This document shows positions 55,273-63,134 of a stretch of DNA of 64,000 nucleotides, piece after piece (within the stretch, counting starts at the first letter, position 1; each line of letters begins with the position of its first letter). Position numbers and translations under genes: made by a program. This DNA is from Pseudomonadota bacterium (GTDB lineage: Bacteria > Pseudomonadota > Alphaproteobacteria > Sphingomonadales > Sphingomonadaceae). The notes under the pieces were generated by a model. It was not told where the DNA came from. It worked only from the letters and a program-made list of their open reading frames with translations, and did not search any database. Where the stretch lies: contig JAJZTH010000016.1 in the NCBI GenBank assembly GCA_021849075.1, positions 1,505-65,504 of the forward strand, given 5' to 3'.

Positions 55273-56553
55273 TGTCCCGGAAAGCGCGGAAGGACGCTTT
55301 TTCTCGTCGATTTTTCCCTGCTGCTCTTCCACCGGGGGGGGCAGCAATACGGTGATGGTCGTGCCCTTGCCCAATGTGCTGGCGATGTCGAAACGGCCGC
55401 GATGCCGTTCCACAATATGTTTGACGATGGCCAGGCCCAGGCCGGTGCCGCCCATCGCACGGCTGCGGCCCGAATCGACGCGATAGAAACGCTCGGTCAG
55501 GCGGGGCAGATGATCGGGACCAATGCCTTCGCCTTCATCCGCCACGGTCAGCCGGGTCATGCCGCTCGGCCCCTCGTTCAGCGTCACGCGGATCGGCGTG
55601 CCGGGGCGGCCATATTTCACCGAATTGCCGATCAGATTGTGCAGCAGTTGCGACAATTGCGCGCGGTCGCCCTGTACGCCGGGCAGGCGCGGCGCGATGT
55701 CCATCTCCACCTCGCGGCCCCGGTCGCCATGGCTGGACCGGAACACGCCGACGACCTCGGCCGTCAGCTCGGACAGGTCGACCCGCGCGTCGGGCAGGCG
55801 ATATTTTTCCGATTCGATCCGGCTCAGCGAAATCAGATCGTCGATCAGGCGCTGCATCCGCCGCGCTTCCCGATCCATGATCGTCAGGAAGCGCTGGCGC
55901 GTTTCATCTTCCTTGCCCAATTCGGGGTCGGCCAGCGTTTCGATAAAGCCCAATATCCCGGCCAGCGGCGTGCGCAGTTCATGACTGGCGTTGGCGACGA
56001 AATCGACCCGCATCCGCTCGGCCGCATGGGTGCCGCTATGATCGACCAGATGGACCAGCCGGCGCATGTCATCGACCGCGCCGACCGGAGCGACGCGCAT
56101 CTGCCAGCGCTGGTCGCGCGCGCCCAGGCCCACCAGTTCGATCATGATCGGTTCGGCCAGCGGCGCCAGGCTGGCCAGCCGTTCGGCGGCGGCGGGGTGG
56201 CGGATCGCGATGCGCGCATCCTCGCCCTCTATATGTGCGCCGAGCAGGCGTTGCGCCGCCAGGTTCGCGCGCGCGATCCGGCCCTTTTCCACCAGCATCA
56301 GCGGATCGGAAATGCCCTCCAGCAGGCTGGCGAAATCGGGATGGGCGATCAGGTCGGGCTGATCTTGTATGACGGCGATTTCTTGCGCAGGGCGCAGGCC
56401 CGCGTCGCCTGATGTAATGATCAGCACCAGCACGCCCGCCAGCACCGGCAGGGCGATGCCGATCGGATTCGCGCCCAGCATCAGGGCGCCGCCGGTGCCC
56501 AGCATCAACATGGCGAGCGAGGCGGTAATCTGGGAAATACTAAGGCGATTCAT
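55264..56553 (-). CDS. phoR: Phosphate regulon sensor histidine kinase PhoR
   Basis: Two N-terminal TM segments, a PAS-like region, the H-box FVANASHELRTPL and N/G boxes (GTGLGLAIVKH). The start is 56553 or 56562. The ORF-track start at 56664 would overlap the divergent gene. Confidence 0.9.
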   Translation of the reverse strand: MNRLSISQITASLAMLMLGTGGALMLGANPIGIALPVLAGVLVLIITSGDAGLRPAQEIAVIQDQPDLIAHPDFASLLEGISDPLMLVEKGRIARANLAAQRLLGAHIEGEDARIAIRHPAAAERLASLAPLAEPIMIELVGLGARDQRWQMRVAPVGAVDDMRRLVHLVDHSGTHAAERMRVDFVANASHELRTPLAGILGFIETLADPELGKEDETRQRFLTIMDREARRMQRLIDDLISLSRIESEKYRLPDARVDLSELTAEVVGVFRSSHGDRGREVEMDIAPRLPGVQGDRAQLSQLLHNLIGNSVKYGRPGTPIRVTLNEGPSGMTRLTVADEGEGIGPDHLPRLTERFYRVDSGRSRAMGGTGLGLAIVKHIVERHRGRFDIASTLGKGTTITVLLPPPVEEQQGKIDEKKRPSALSGTVS

Positions 56554-56653
56554 AGTTACCATGCTGGATTTGTCGGCGATTAGCTGCGATATACGCCCCC
56601 AATAGCGTGCAATCTTTACGCTTTGGCAAGCGCAGGATGCGAAACGGGAAAAG

Positions 56654-57106
56654 ATGAGCGACACGACGCCCGAACAGGATGGTGCCGGCCCCCGCGATGA
56701 AGCGGGTCGCGCCGACGCGCCTTCGTTGACGCCGTCTTCGCTGACGCCATCGCGGCGTCAGTTGCTGATGGGCGGTGCGGTCGCGGCCTCGGCGATCGTG
56801 TCGATCCGTCCGGCGCTGGCCAATACGGCCGCTTCCGTGCTCAACTGCACCATTCCTGTGCCCGATCAGGGGCGTTCGGGTAATTATATCGCGCCCAACG
56901 GTCAACTAGTCCCCGCCGGTACGCCCGGCGCCTTCTCCGGCACCGGTCGCAGCTTCACTGGCGAACAGGTGAAGCAGGCGATTCGCGGTCGTCCGTTGCC
57001 CGGCACCAGCTACGACCAGAACCAAGCCTATTTGAACTATATCCGCCGGCTTCAGCGGGGGACGAGCGGCTTTACCTGCTACGCCTCGCTCCAGATGCCG
57101 CGCTAA
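56654..57106 (+). CDS. 150-aa Tat-signal secreted protein of unknown function
   Basis: PSRRQLLMGGAVAASAIVSIRPALA|NTAAS. The mature part is about 95 aa with two Cys (LNCTIP, FTCYAS). Divergent from phoR. GC3-rich frame. Confidence 0.6.
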   Translation: MSDTTPEQDGAGPRDEAGRADAPSLTPSSLTPSRRQLLMGGAVAASAIVSIRPALANTAASVLNCTIPVPDQGRSGNYIAPNGQLVPAGTPGAFSGTGRSFTGEQVKQAIRGRPLPGTSYDQNQAYLNYIRRLQRGTSGFTCYASLQMPR

Positions 57107-57120
57107 GAGTCCGTTTGGGA

Positions 57121-57137
57121 ATGCGCATCTGGCGCAT
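57121..57137. promoter_or_regulatory. Palindrome ATGCGC-N5-GCGCAT
   Basis: Read directly from the sequence, 15 nt after the stop at 57106. No U-tract. Confidence 0.4.
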
Positions 57138-57178
57138 CCGCACCGGCCCATTCAAACGAGGCACGTGACTCGCTTGAA

Positions 57179-57225
57179 CCCACCCGACCGCCCAGTGATG
57201 GTATCCTGATGGGTGGTCGGGTGGG
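57179..57225. other. Long hairpin (16-bp stem with one G-U, 15-nt loop)
   Basis: CCCACCCGACCGCCCA-gtgatggtatcctga-TGGGTGGTCGGGTGGG. Confidence 0.6.
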
Positions 57226-57246
57226 GGCGTGGGCCGGTGCCGCCAC

Positions 57247-57272
57247 GAAAATGCGCTCTGTCGCGCATTTTC
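57247..57272. promoter_or_regulatory. Perfect 10-bp palindrome GAAAATGCGC-N6-GCGCATTTTC
   Basis: Shares the ATGCGC/GCGCAT core with 57121-57137. It lies 113 nt upstream of the GT4 ATG. Confidence 0.45.
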
Positions 57273-57384
57273 CAAATACCGCGCTAAACCGTTCATCTGT
57301 CGCGTAACGAATTGAACGCATACGGAATGTCTGCGTTGACGTCGTCCAAGCTGCAACGATCGCAGGTTGAGACAAGGGTTACGC

Positions 57385-58533
57385 ATGGTCCAGTTCGGGC
57401 GCGCATTTTCGGTGGCGGTCTATCTCTATCGTCCGGGGGACGGGGGGCTTGATCGGGTTGCGATCCTGCTCGCCAATCATCTGTTGCGGCGCGGCGTGCC
57501 GGTCGAACTGTGGATGGCGCATCTCGATGGCCCGGCCGAGCATCTGATCGATCCCGCGCTGACGGTGCGCCGTGTGGCCTGTCCGGGTGGAGAGCGTCGC
57601 CTGTCGATGATCGGGCAGTTTCCCGCGCTGGCCGCCATGGTGCGGCGGCACCGGCCCGACATTCTCTATTCCGCCGGCAATCAGAGCAATATGCTGGTGG
57701 CGCTGGCCGCATTGGGCAGTGGCACCCGCGCGGTCGGCCGCATTTCCAACCCGATCGTGCGGCCCGGCCAGCAGGGCATGGGGGCTTGGGCGCGGCTCGC
57801 CAAATTCCGCACGATCGCGCGCCTGAGCGCTCTCACCATCGTCATGGGCGAGCATGATCGGGCGCTGCTGGCGGACAGTGGGAATGCGCGCCTGCTGCCG
57901 CGCCCGACCGTCACCGCTGCGATGGAGCAGGCGCAGGCCGCGCGGCCCGCCCGTACCGGCAACCGGCCGCATCATCTGCTGATGGTCGGGCGGCTGGCCG
58001 CGCAAAAGGATCAGGCGACGGCGCTGGCCGCGCTCGCGCGTCTGCCGCATCTCGACTGGCGGCTGACCATCGCCGGGCAGGGACCGTTGCTGGGCGCGCT
58101 GCGGGGCCGGTGCGACGCGCTGGGCATTGCCGACCGGGTCGATTTCGTCGGCTATGTCGGCTGCCCGGATGCGCTGGCGGGGCTGATGGGCGCGGCGGAC
58201 CTGCTGATCCAGCCGTCCCGCTGGGAGGGGTTGTGCGCCACATTGATCGAGGCGCTGGCCTGCGGCGCGCAGGTGGTGGCGACCGATTCAACCCCCAATA
58301 TCCGTTCGATCCTGTCCGACGCCGGCCAGCATCCGCCAGTGCCGGTGGGCGATGCGGCTGCACTCGCCCGCGCGATCGAGCGCAGCCTGGCCCAGCCAGT
58401 CCCCGCCGTCCGCCTGGTCGAAGCAGTGCGCGACCACGGCGTCGACCGCGCGCTCGACCGTTACCTGCGTGCATTCGAATCGCTGGCCGGCACGCCCGCC
58501 AAGCAGGGACGGCCATCGCCAGCCTTGTCCTGA
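57385..58533 (+). CDS. GT4-family (GT-B fold) glycosyltransferase
   Basis: GGLDRVAILLANHL N-domain and C-domain ...LLMVGRLAAQKD...VDFVGYV...ADLLIQPSRWEGLCATLIEALACGAQVVATD (EX7E-type motif). Confidence 0.8.
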   Translation: MVQFGRAFSVAVYLYRPGDGGLDRVAILLANHLLRRGVPVELWMAHLDGPAEHLIDPALTVRRVACPGGERRLSMIGQFPALAAMVRRHRPDILYSAGNQSNMLVALAALGSGTRAVGRISNPIVRPGQQGMGAWARLAKFRTIARLSALTIVMGEHDRALLADSGNARLLPRPTVTAAMEQAQAARPARTGNRPHHLLMVGRLAAQKDQATALAALARLPHLDWRLTIAGQGPLLGALRGRCDALGIADRVDFVGYVGCPDALAGLMGAADLLIQPSRWEGLCATLIEALACGAQVVATDSTPNIRSILSDAGQHPPVPVGDAAALARAIERSLAQPVPAVRLVEAVRDHGVDRALDRYLRAFESLAGTPAKQGRPSPALS

Positions 58534-58601
58534 TGCGTTAGGGACTTGGCTACGACTTTCCCCGATAGAGCGAAGGGAGCAGTCGAAGGAAGGCCCCGGA
58601 T

Positions 58602-58889
58602 TTGGACGCGACACCCCGTTATCGCCGGGACTCATCGGATGCAGTGGCGTCCTGCACGCTCGACGATCTCGTCCTTCTCTATCATCGCCGCTCGGGCCAG
58701 ACCCATATGGTGATCAGCCCGGTGCCGGAGATATTGGCGCAAATGGCCGATGGCGCGGCGCTCAGCGCGGGCGATGTGCATGACCGGCTGGCCCGCGATT
58801 TCGATCTCGGTCCGCAGGATGAAGCCATGGTGGAGATCGCCGCGCATCTCGATGCGCTGGTCGCGCTGGGGCTGGTGCGCCGGACATGA
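58602..58889 (+). CDS. PqqD-like small protein (HPr-rel-A-system type peptide chaperone/RRE)
   Basis: 95 aa from TTG (GGAAGG SD 8 nt upstream) with ...LDDLVLLYHRRSGQTHMVISPVPEIL...IAAHLDALVALGLV. An alternative GTG start is at 58644. ATGA overlap with the next gene. Confidence 0.65.
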   Translation: MDATPRYRRDSSDAVASCTLDDLVLLYHRRSGQTHMVISPVPEILAQMADGAALSAGDVHDRLARDFDLGPQDEAMVEIAAHLDALVALGLVRRT

Positions 58890-59749
58890 GGCACGCCATC
58901 ACCCTGCGCATCGGCCCTGCGACCTTCCGCATCGGGTCCGCCTGGTCCCAGCCGATCGCACAGCTGCGCCGGCTCTACGCCGCCTATCCCGATGTCGACG
59001 GCGCGATCGCCGATTTCACCGTTCGGCTTCAGCCGACCAGCCTGCTGCGCCGTTTCCTGCGCCCCTCCATCTTCATCACCGGCGATCATGGCCTGGCCGA
59101 CGCCGCGCCGATGAGCCTGGCCCATGGGCTGCTGGCGGCGGAAATGGGGATGAATCTGCAAATGGCGCTGGGCTGGCGTCGGCACCTGCTGCTCCATGCG
59201 TCGAGCGTGGAGAAGAACGGCCGCGTGCTGGTGATGACCGGCGAATCGGGATCGGGCAAATCCACGCTGGCGGCCTTGCTGGGGGAGCGGGGATGGCGCT
59301 TCATGGGCGATGAATTTGCCCTGCTCGATCTGCAAAGTGGCGCGATCCTGCCCTTTCCGCGCCTCGTCAGCCTCAAAAATCAGGCGATCGGCGTCGTCGC
59401 GGATGCCGTAGGGGATGCGCGGATGGGACCGCTGCTCGCCGCCACGGCGAAGGGCGACATTCGCCACATGATGCCGCGCGCGGACGCCGTCGCCCGCATG
59501 GATCAGGGCGGCATGCCCGCTTTGCTGCTCTTCCCCCGTTTCGGTCATGAGGCAGCGGTGCGCGAACTGGGGCAGGGCGAAATCTTCATGCGCCTGACGC
59601 AGGCGTCGACCAACTATGTCACGTTGGGCGAGCCGGCCTTTGCGGGCCTGACTCGTTTCGTCACCGCCGTTCCCGCCCGCGCCATCGACTTTCCCTCGGG
59701 CGAAGCAGCCTTCGCCATGGTCGATCGCCTGTGGGAGGAACTGGCATGA
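58886..59749 (+). CDS. HprK-related kinase (HPr kinase C-terminal-domain-like P-loop protein, 'kinase A' type)
   Basis: LLLHASSVEKNGRVLVMTGESGSGKSTLAALL...GDEFALLD. The P-loop placement resembles the HPr kinase/phosphorylase catalytic domain, but there is no N-terminal HprK domain. Confidence 0.7.
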   Translation: MRHAITLRIGPATFRIGSAWSQPIAQLRRLYAAYPDVDGAIADFTVRLQPTSLLRRFLRPSIFITGDHGLADAAPMSLAHGLLAAEMGMNLQMALGWRRHLLLHASSVEKNGRVLVMTGESGSGKSTLAALLGERGWRFMGDEFALLDLQSGAILPFPRLVSLKNQAIGVVADAVGDARMGPLLAATAKGDIRHMMPRADAVARMDQGGMPALLLFPRFGHEAAVRELGQGEIFMRLTQASTNYVTLGEPAFAGLTRFVTAVPARAIDFPSGEAAFAMVDRLWEELA

Positions 59750-60735
59750 GCGCCGCGTTGCTGGTCCGGGCGCTGCGCGATCCCGCCTGCGTCGCCGGGC
59801 TGGATGCGTCGGGGTGGAACGGCTTGATCGCGGCTGCGCGGGCCGAACGGCTGATCGCCACGCTTGCCCATCGGCTGGACTCGGCCCATATCCCGGCGTC
59901 GGTGCGCCCGATCCTGACCGATGCGAAGGCCGACGCCGCGCGCGAAGCGCAACAGGCCCTGTGGGAGGCGGATCGCGCCGCGCTGGCGTTGGACGGCCTT
60001 GATGTGCGCGTGGTGTTGCTCAAGGGCACGGCCTATGTCGCGGGCGCGCTGGCGGCGGGGCAGGGGCGCTTCATTGGCGATCTCGACATTCTGGTGCCGC
60101 GCGACGCGATGCCGGCGGTGGAAAAGGCGCTGATCGCGGCCGGCTGGGAATGGGTGAAGGAAGACGCCTATGACGACGCCTATTATCGCCAATGGATGCA
60201 TGAACTGCCGCCGATGATCCATGTCGATCGCGACCGGATGATCGATGTGCATCACACCGTCCTGCCGTTGACCGCACGCCAGACGCCGGACGCCGCCGCG
60301 ATGATCGCCGACGCCATTCCCATGGCCAATGGGTTATATATATTGTCGGCCGAAGACCGCATCGTCCATTCGGTCGCCCATATGCTGGCCGATGGCGACA
60401 TGCAGGGCGGCCTGCGCAATCTGTGGGACATATACTGCCTGCTGCCCGACGCCGATCCCGCCGCATTGGCGGCGCGCGCGCAGCGCCACGGTCTGGCGCA
60501 TCATGTCGCACAGGCGCGCCGGCTGGCTACCGCCCTCTATGGCGATGGCGCAGCGCTGACCCTGTGGGACCGGCTGGTGCGCATGCGGCTGCTGGCGCGT
60601 GACGGCTGGGGCCGGGAAACGCGCAAAGCGCTGGTCTTCGCTTTCTATGTCCGCTCCCACTGGCTGCGCATGCCGCCGCTGATGCTGGCCCGCCATCTGT
60701 GGACCAAATGGCGCAAGGGGCATCGCCCGCAGTGA
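59746..60735 (+). CDS. Uncharacterised nucleotidyltransferase-fold protein (PF14907-like)
   Basis: VVLLKGTAYV...RFIGDLDILVPRDAMPAVEKALIAAGW...IDVHHTVLP. ATGA overlap with the kinase gene. Confidence 0.65.
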   Translation: MSAALLVRALRDPACVAGLDASGWNGLIAAARAERLIATLAHRLDSAHIPASVRPILTDAKADAAREAQQALWEADRAALALDGLDVRVVLLKGTAYVAGALAAGQGRFIGDLDILVPRDAMPAVEKALIAAGWEWVKEDAYDDAYYRQWMHELPPMIHVDRDRMIDVHHTVLPLTARQTPDAAAMIADAIPMANGLYILSAEDRIVHSVAHMLADGDMQGGLRNLWDIYCLLPDADPAALAARAQRHGLAHHVAQARRLATALYGDGAALTLWDRLVRMRLLARDGWGRETRKALVFAFYVRSHWLRMPPLMLARHLWTKWRKGHRPQ

Positions 60736-60857
60736 AAGTTACACGATAGCGTCGCTTCCATGACTCGCACTGACTTCCAACCTTAACCGCGCCGCCACGG
60801 CCGCGACATGGGGCTGACCCACGACCGGGCTAATAAGCGGGGCGGGGGTCTGAAATC

Positions 60858-61946
60858 ATGTCGAAATCCGTGCGCGCCTTGTTGTTTGCGAGCCTGACGG
60901 TCCTGCTGGCCGCCAGTTCTCCCAGCGCCAGCTCATCGCAGGATGGTTTTGCGCCAGCCATGGCCGCACTTGCCGATGATCTGCCGCTGTCGGTCATGAC
61001 CTATAATGTCATGGGCCTGCCCTGGCCGGTCGCCTTTGGCCGGGATGAAGCGCTGGCGCGCATCGCCGACCGGCTGGCCGGGCTGCGTGCGCAGGGGCGG
61101 CAGCCCCATATCCTGCTGTTGCAGGAAGCCTTCATTGTCGATCCGGCGGCCTTTGCGCGCCGCGCTGGCTACGCTTATGTCGCCGCCGGTCCGGGCGTGG
61201 AGGACCTGGGCGACGCTGCCCCCACGCCTGCCGATCGCGCCTATCTGCGCGCCGCCCGCTGGGATCGGGGGGAGGGGATGGGCAAGCAATTGGGCAGCGG
61301 CCTGCTGATCCTGTCCGACTGGCCGATCGCGGCGGTCGATCGCATGGCCTATCCGGCCTTCGCCTGCGCCGGGTTCGACTGTTTGGCGAACAAGGGCATT
61401 CTGATCGCCCATTTGCGCGTGCCGGGTATGGCGCGCCCGGTGGCGGTGGTGAACACGCACCTCAATGCGCGCAAGGCGGCAGGCGTGCCGATCGCGCGCT
61501 CACAGACGGCTTTTGGTCGGCAGGCGGGCCTGCTGGTCGATTTCGTCCGGGCACATGCGCCTGCGGATCGTGCCATCGTCATCGGCGGCGATTTCAACAT
61601 CGGGCGCGATCCCCGGCGGATCGACGCCTTTTTCGGGCGCTGGGCGCGCGTACGCATGGGCTTCGTCTCGGCGGCGATGGGCGGCGGCCCGCGCGCCTTG
61701 CAGGAAACGGCCCTTGCCGATCCGGCGCAGCGCCGCGATCTGGCCGAAGCGGTGGGGCGCGGCAAGGACTGGCTCTTCGCGCGCGGCGAAAGCGGCGCGC
61801 CCCTGCCGGTCGTCCAGGCCCGCACCCCCTTTGGCGGCGCGCCGGCTGATCGGCTGTCCGACCATGTCGGCTATGCGCTCAGCTACGGACCGCCATCCCG
61901 GCCGTTGCAACTGGCGCAGGCCGATATGCCTGCGGGCGGCCGCTGA
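60858..61946 (+). CDS. Secreted endonuclease/exonuclease/phosphatase (EEP) family protein (sphingomyelinase/phosphodiesterase-like)
   Basis: Signal peptide, then LSVMTYNVMGLPWP...ILLLQEAF...ANKGILIAHL...VNTHLNA...GGDFNI...LSDHVGY. Confidence 0.75.
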   Translation: MSKSVRALLFASLTVLLAASSPSASSSQDGFAPAMAALADDLPLSVMTYNVMGLPWPVAFGRDEALARIADRLAGLRAQGRQPHILLLQEAFIVDPAAFARRAGYAYVAAGPGVEDLGDAAPTPADRAYLRAARWDRGEGMGKQLGSGLLILSDWPIAAVDRMAYPAFACAGFDCLANKGILIAHLRVPGMARPVAVVNTHLNARKAAGVPIARSQTAFGRQAGLLVDFVRAHAPADRAIVIGGDFNIGRDPRRIDAFFGRWARVRMGFVSAAMGGGPRALQETALADPAQRRDLAEAVGRGKDWLFARGESGAPLPVVQARTPFGGAPADRLSDHVGYALSYGPPSRPLQLAQADMPAGGR

Positions 61947-63082
61947 TGCGCGCCGCTTCCCTGATCGCAGCCATGCTTGTCGCGACGCCCGCGCTGGCGC
62001 AGGCAGAGGATTTCCGCCCTGTCGCTGCCGATTTCGCCCTACGGCCCCGGATCGCCTTCGCCATCCGCCCCGCGCCCGCCGTCGCGTCGGCGCAGCGCCC
62101 GGCGCGCATCTACGCCATCGACCTTGCGCCGTCGCCCGCGCAGCCGGCCGACCTGCACCTCGCCATCCAGCGCCGCCGCCAGCGTTTCGCCCCGCCAGGC
62201 GCCGTCCGTACCGACACCCAGCCACGCAGCAGCTTGCGCATCGCCGCCATGCTCTTCGATCTGCCGCAGATGGACGATCGCCTGTCCGCGACGATCGGCT
62301 GGCAGGCGGTCAAGCTGTCGAACAAGGCGGTCAATGCGACATCGCCCTACAGCCGCGACGATCTGCGCGTGCGCGACGATTTCCTGCCATCGGCCGATAT
62401 GCGCTTTGCTGCGACCCCTCGGCTGATGCTCAGCGCCGATTATCGGGAAGGCATTCGCGCTTATGGCGACAGCGGCCGGATCGGCGCGCTGGGCCTCGAC
62501 CAGTCGGCCTTTCGCGCGCTGCGCCTTAGTCTGCGGCCCGAACGCAATAGCCGCGCCCGCATCGGCTTGCGCTGGATGGCGCGCGACGCGCTGCGGCTGG
62601 AGGCCGCCGCCTATGACGGCCATGTGCGCGATTCGCTGGCCTTTGCCGATGATGGCCTGTTGCCCCATAATCTGGGGTCCGCCCATGTGCGTGGGCTGAT
62701 GATGGCGGCGGCGCAGCGCCTGTCGCCGACGCTCGACCTGCGCCTGCGCTATGATCGGGCGCGCGCCGATCTGAACGATGGCGGCGCGCGCACCGAAACG
62801 CGGCTGGCGGCGCAGGGCGAATGGCGGCACGGTCCCTGGCGCGCCGGGCTGACTCTGGCTCGTTCCGGCGCGGATATGTGGCGGCAACAGGCGGCCGCGC
62901 TGCGTGTCGAATGCGGCGTCGACTATGCGCCTGCCGATGCGCACGCGCTGCGTATCGGCCTGCACCTGACCGATCCTGACCGGTTGACTGGCGATCGGCT
63001 GGCCGGGTCGCTGCCGTCCGGGCCGATGCGCGCCGTGGATCAGGCGCGCGCCCTGATGCTGAACGCCGCCCTGCGTTGGTAA
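61946..63082 (+). CDS. Predicted outer-membrane beta-barrel protein, unclassified
   Basis: Signal peptide MRAASLIAAMLVATPALA|QA, alternating amphipathic segments, and a C-terminal ...ALMLNAALRW (aromatic terminal residue). 1-nt TGATG overlap with the EEP gene. The frame has the strongest GC3 of the competing ORFs. Confidence 0.55.
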   Translation: MRAASLIAAMLVATPALAQAEDFRPVAADFALRPRIAFAIRPAPAVASAQRPARIYAIDLAPSPAQPADLHLAIQRRRQRFAPPGAVRTDTQPRSSLRIAAMLFDLPQMDDRLSATIGWQAVKLSNKAVNATSPYSRDDLRVRDDFLPSADMRFAATPRLMLSADYREGIRAYGDSGRIGALGLDQSAFRALRLSLRPERNSRARIGLRWMARDALRLEAAAYDGHVRDSLAFADDGLLPHNLGSAHVRGLMMAAAQRLSPTLDLRLRYDRARADLNDGGARTETRLAAQGEWRHGPWRAGLTLARSGADMWRQQAAALRVECGVDYAPADAHALRIGLHLTDPDRLTGDRLAGSLPSGPMRAVDQARALMLNAALRW

Positions 63083-63134
63083 TCGCCCTGTAGCATTGTC
63101 ATCCTATGCGCGCCGCTTCTGCAAAAGGGAGCGG

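Noticed and set aside
57072-57386. Minus-strand ORFs of 104 aa (57072-57386) and 90 aa (57103-57375) in the structured spacer
   Set aside because: They run through three palindromes, have no SD and have atypical composition. The spacer is better treated as non-coding.
60761-60775. TGACT-N5-TGACT direct repeat upstream of the EEP gene as a Pho box
   Set aside because: The GTCA cores are on the strand opposite the gene and have 10-bp rather than 11-bp phasing, and the flanking positions do not match CTGTCAT. This is too weak to call.
60808-60897. 29-codon Cys-rich sORF (MGLTHDRANKRGGGLKSCRNPCAPCCLRA) as a RiPP precursor
   Set aside because: It has no SD, overlaps the start of the EEP gene out of frame, and its Cys codons arise from the signal-peptide-coding region of that gene. 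It is most likely fortuitous.
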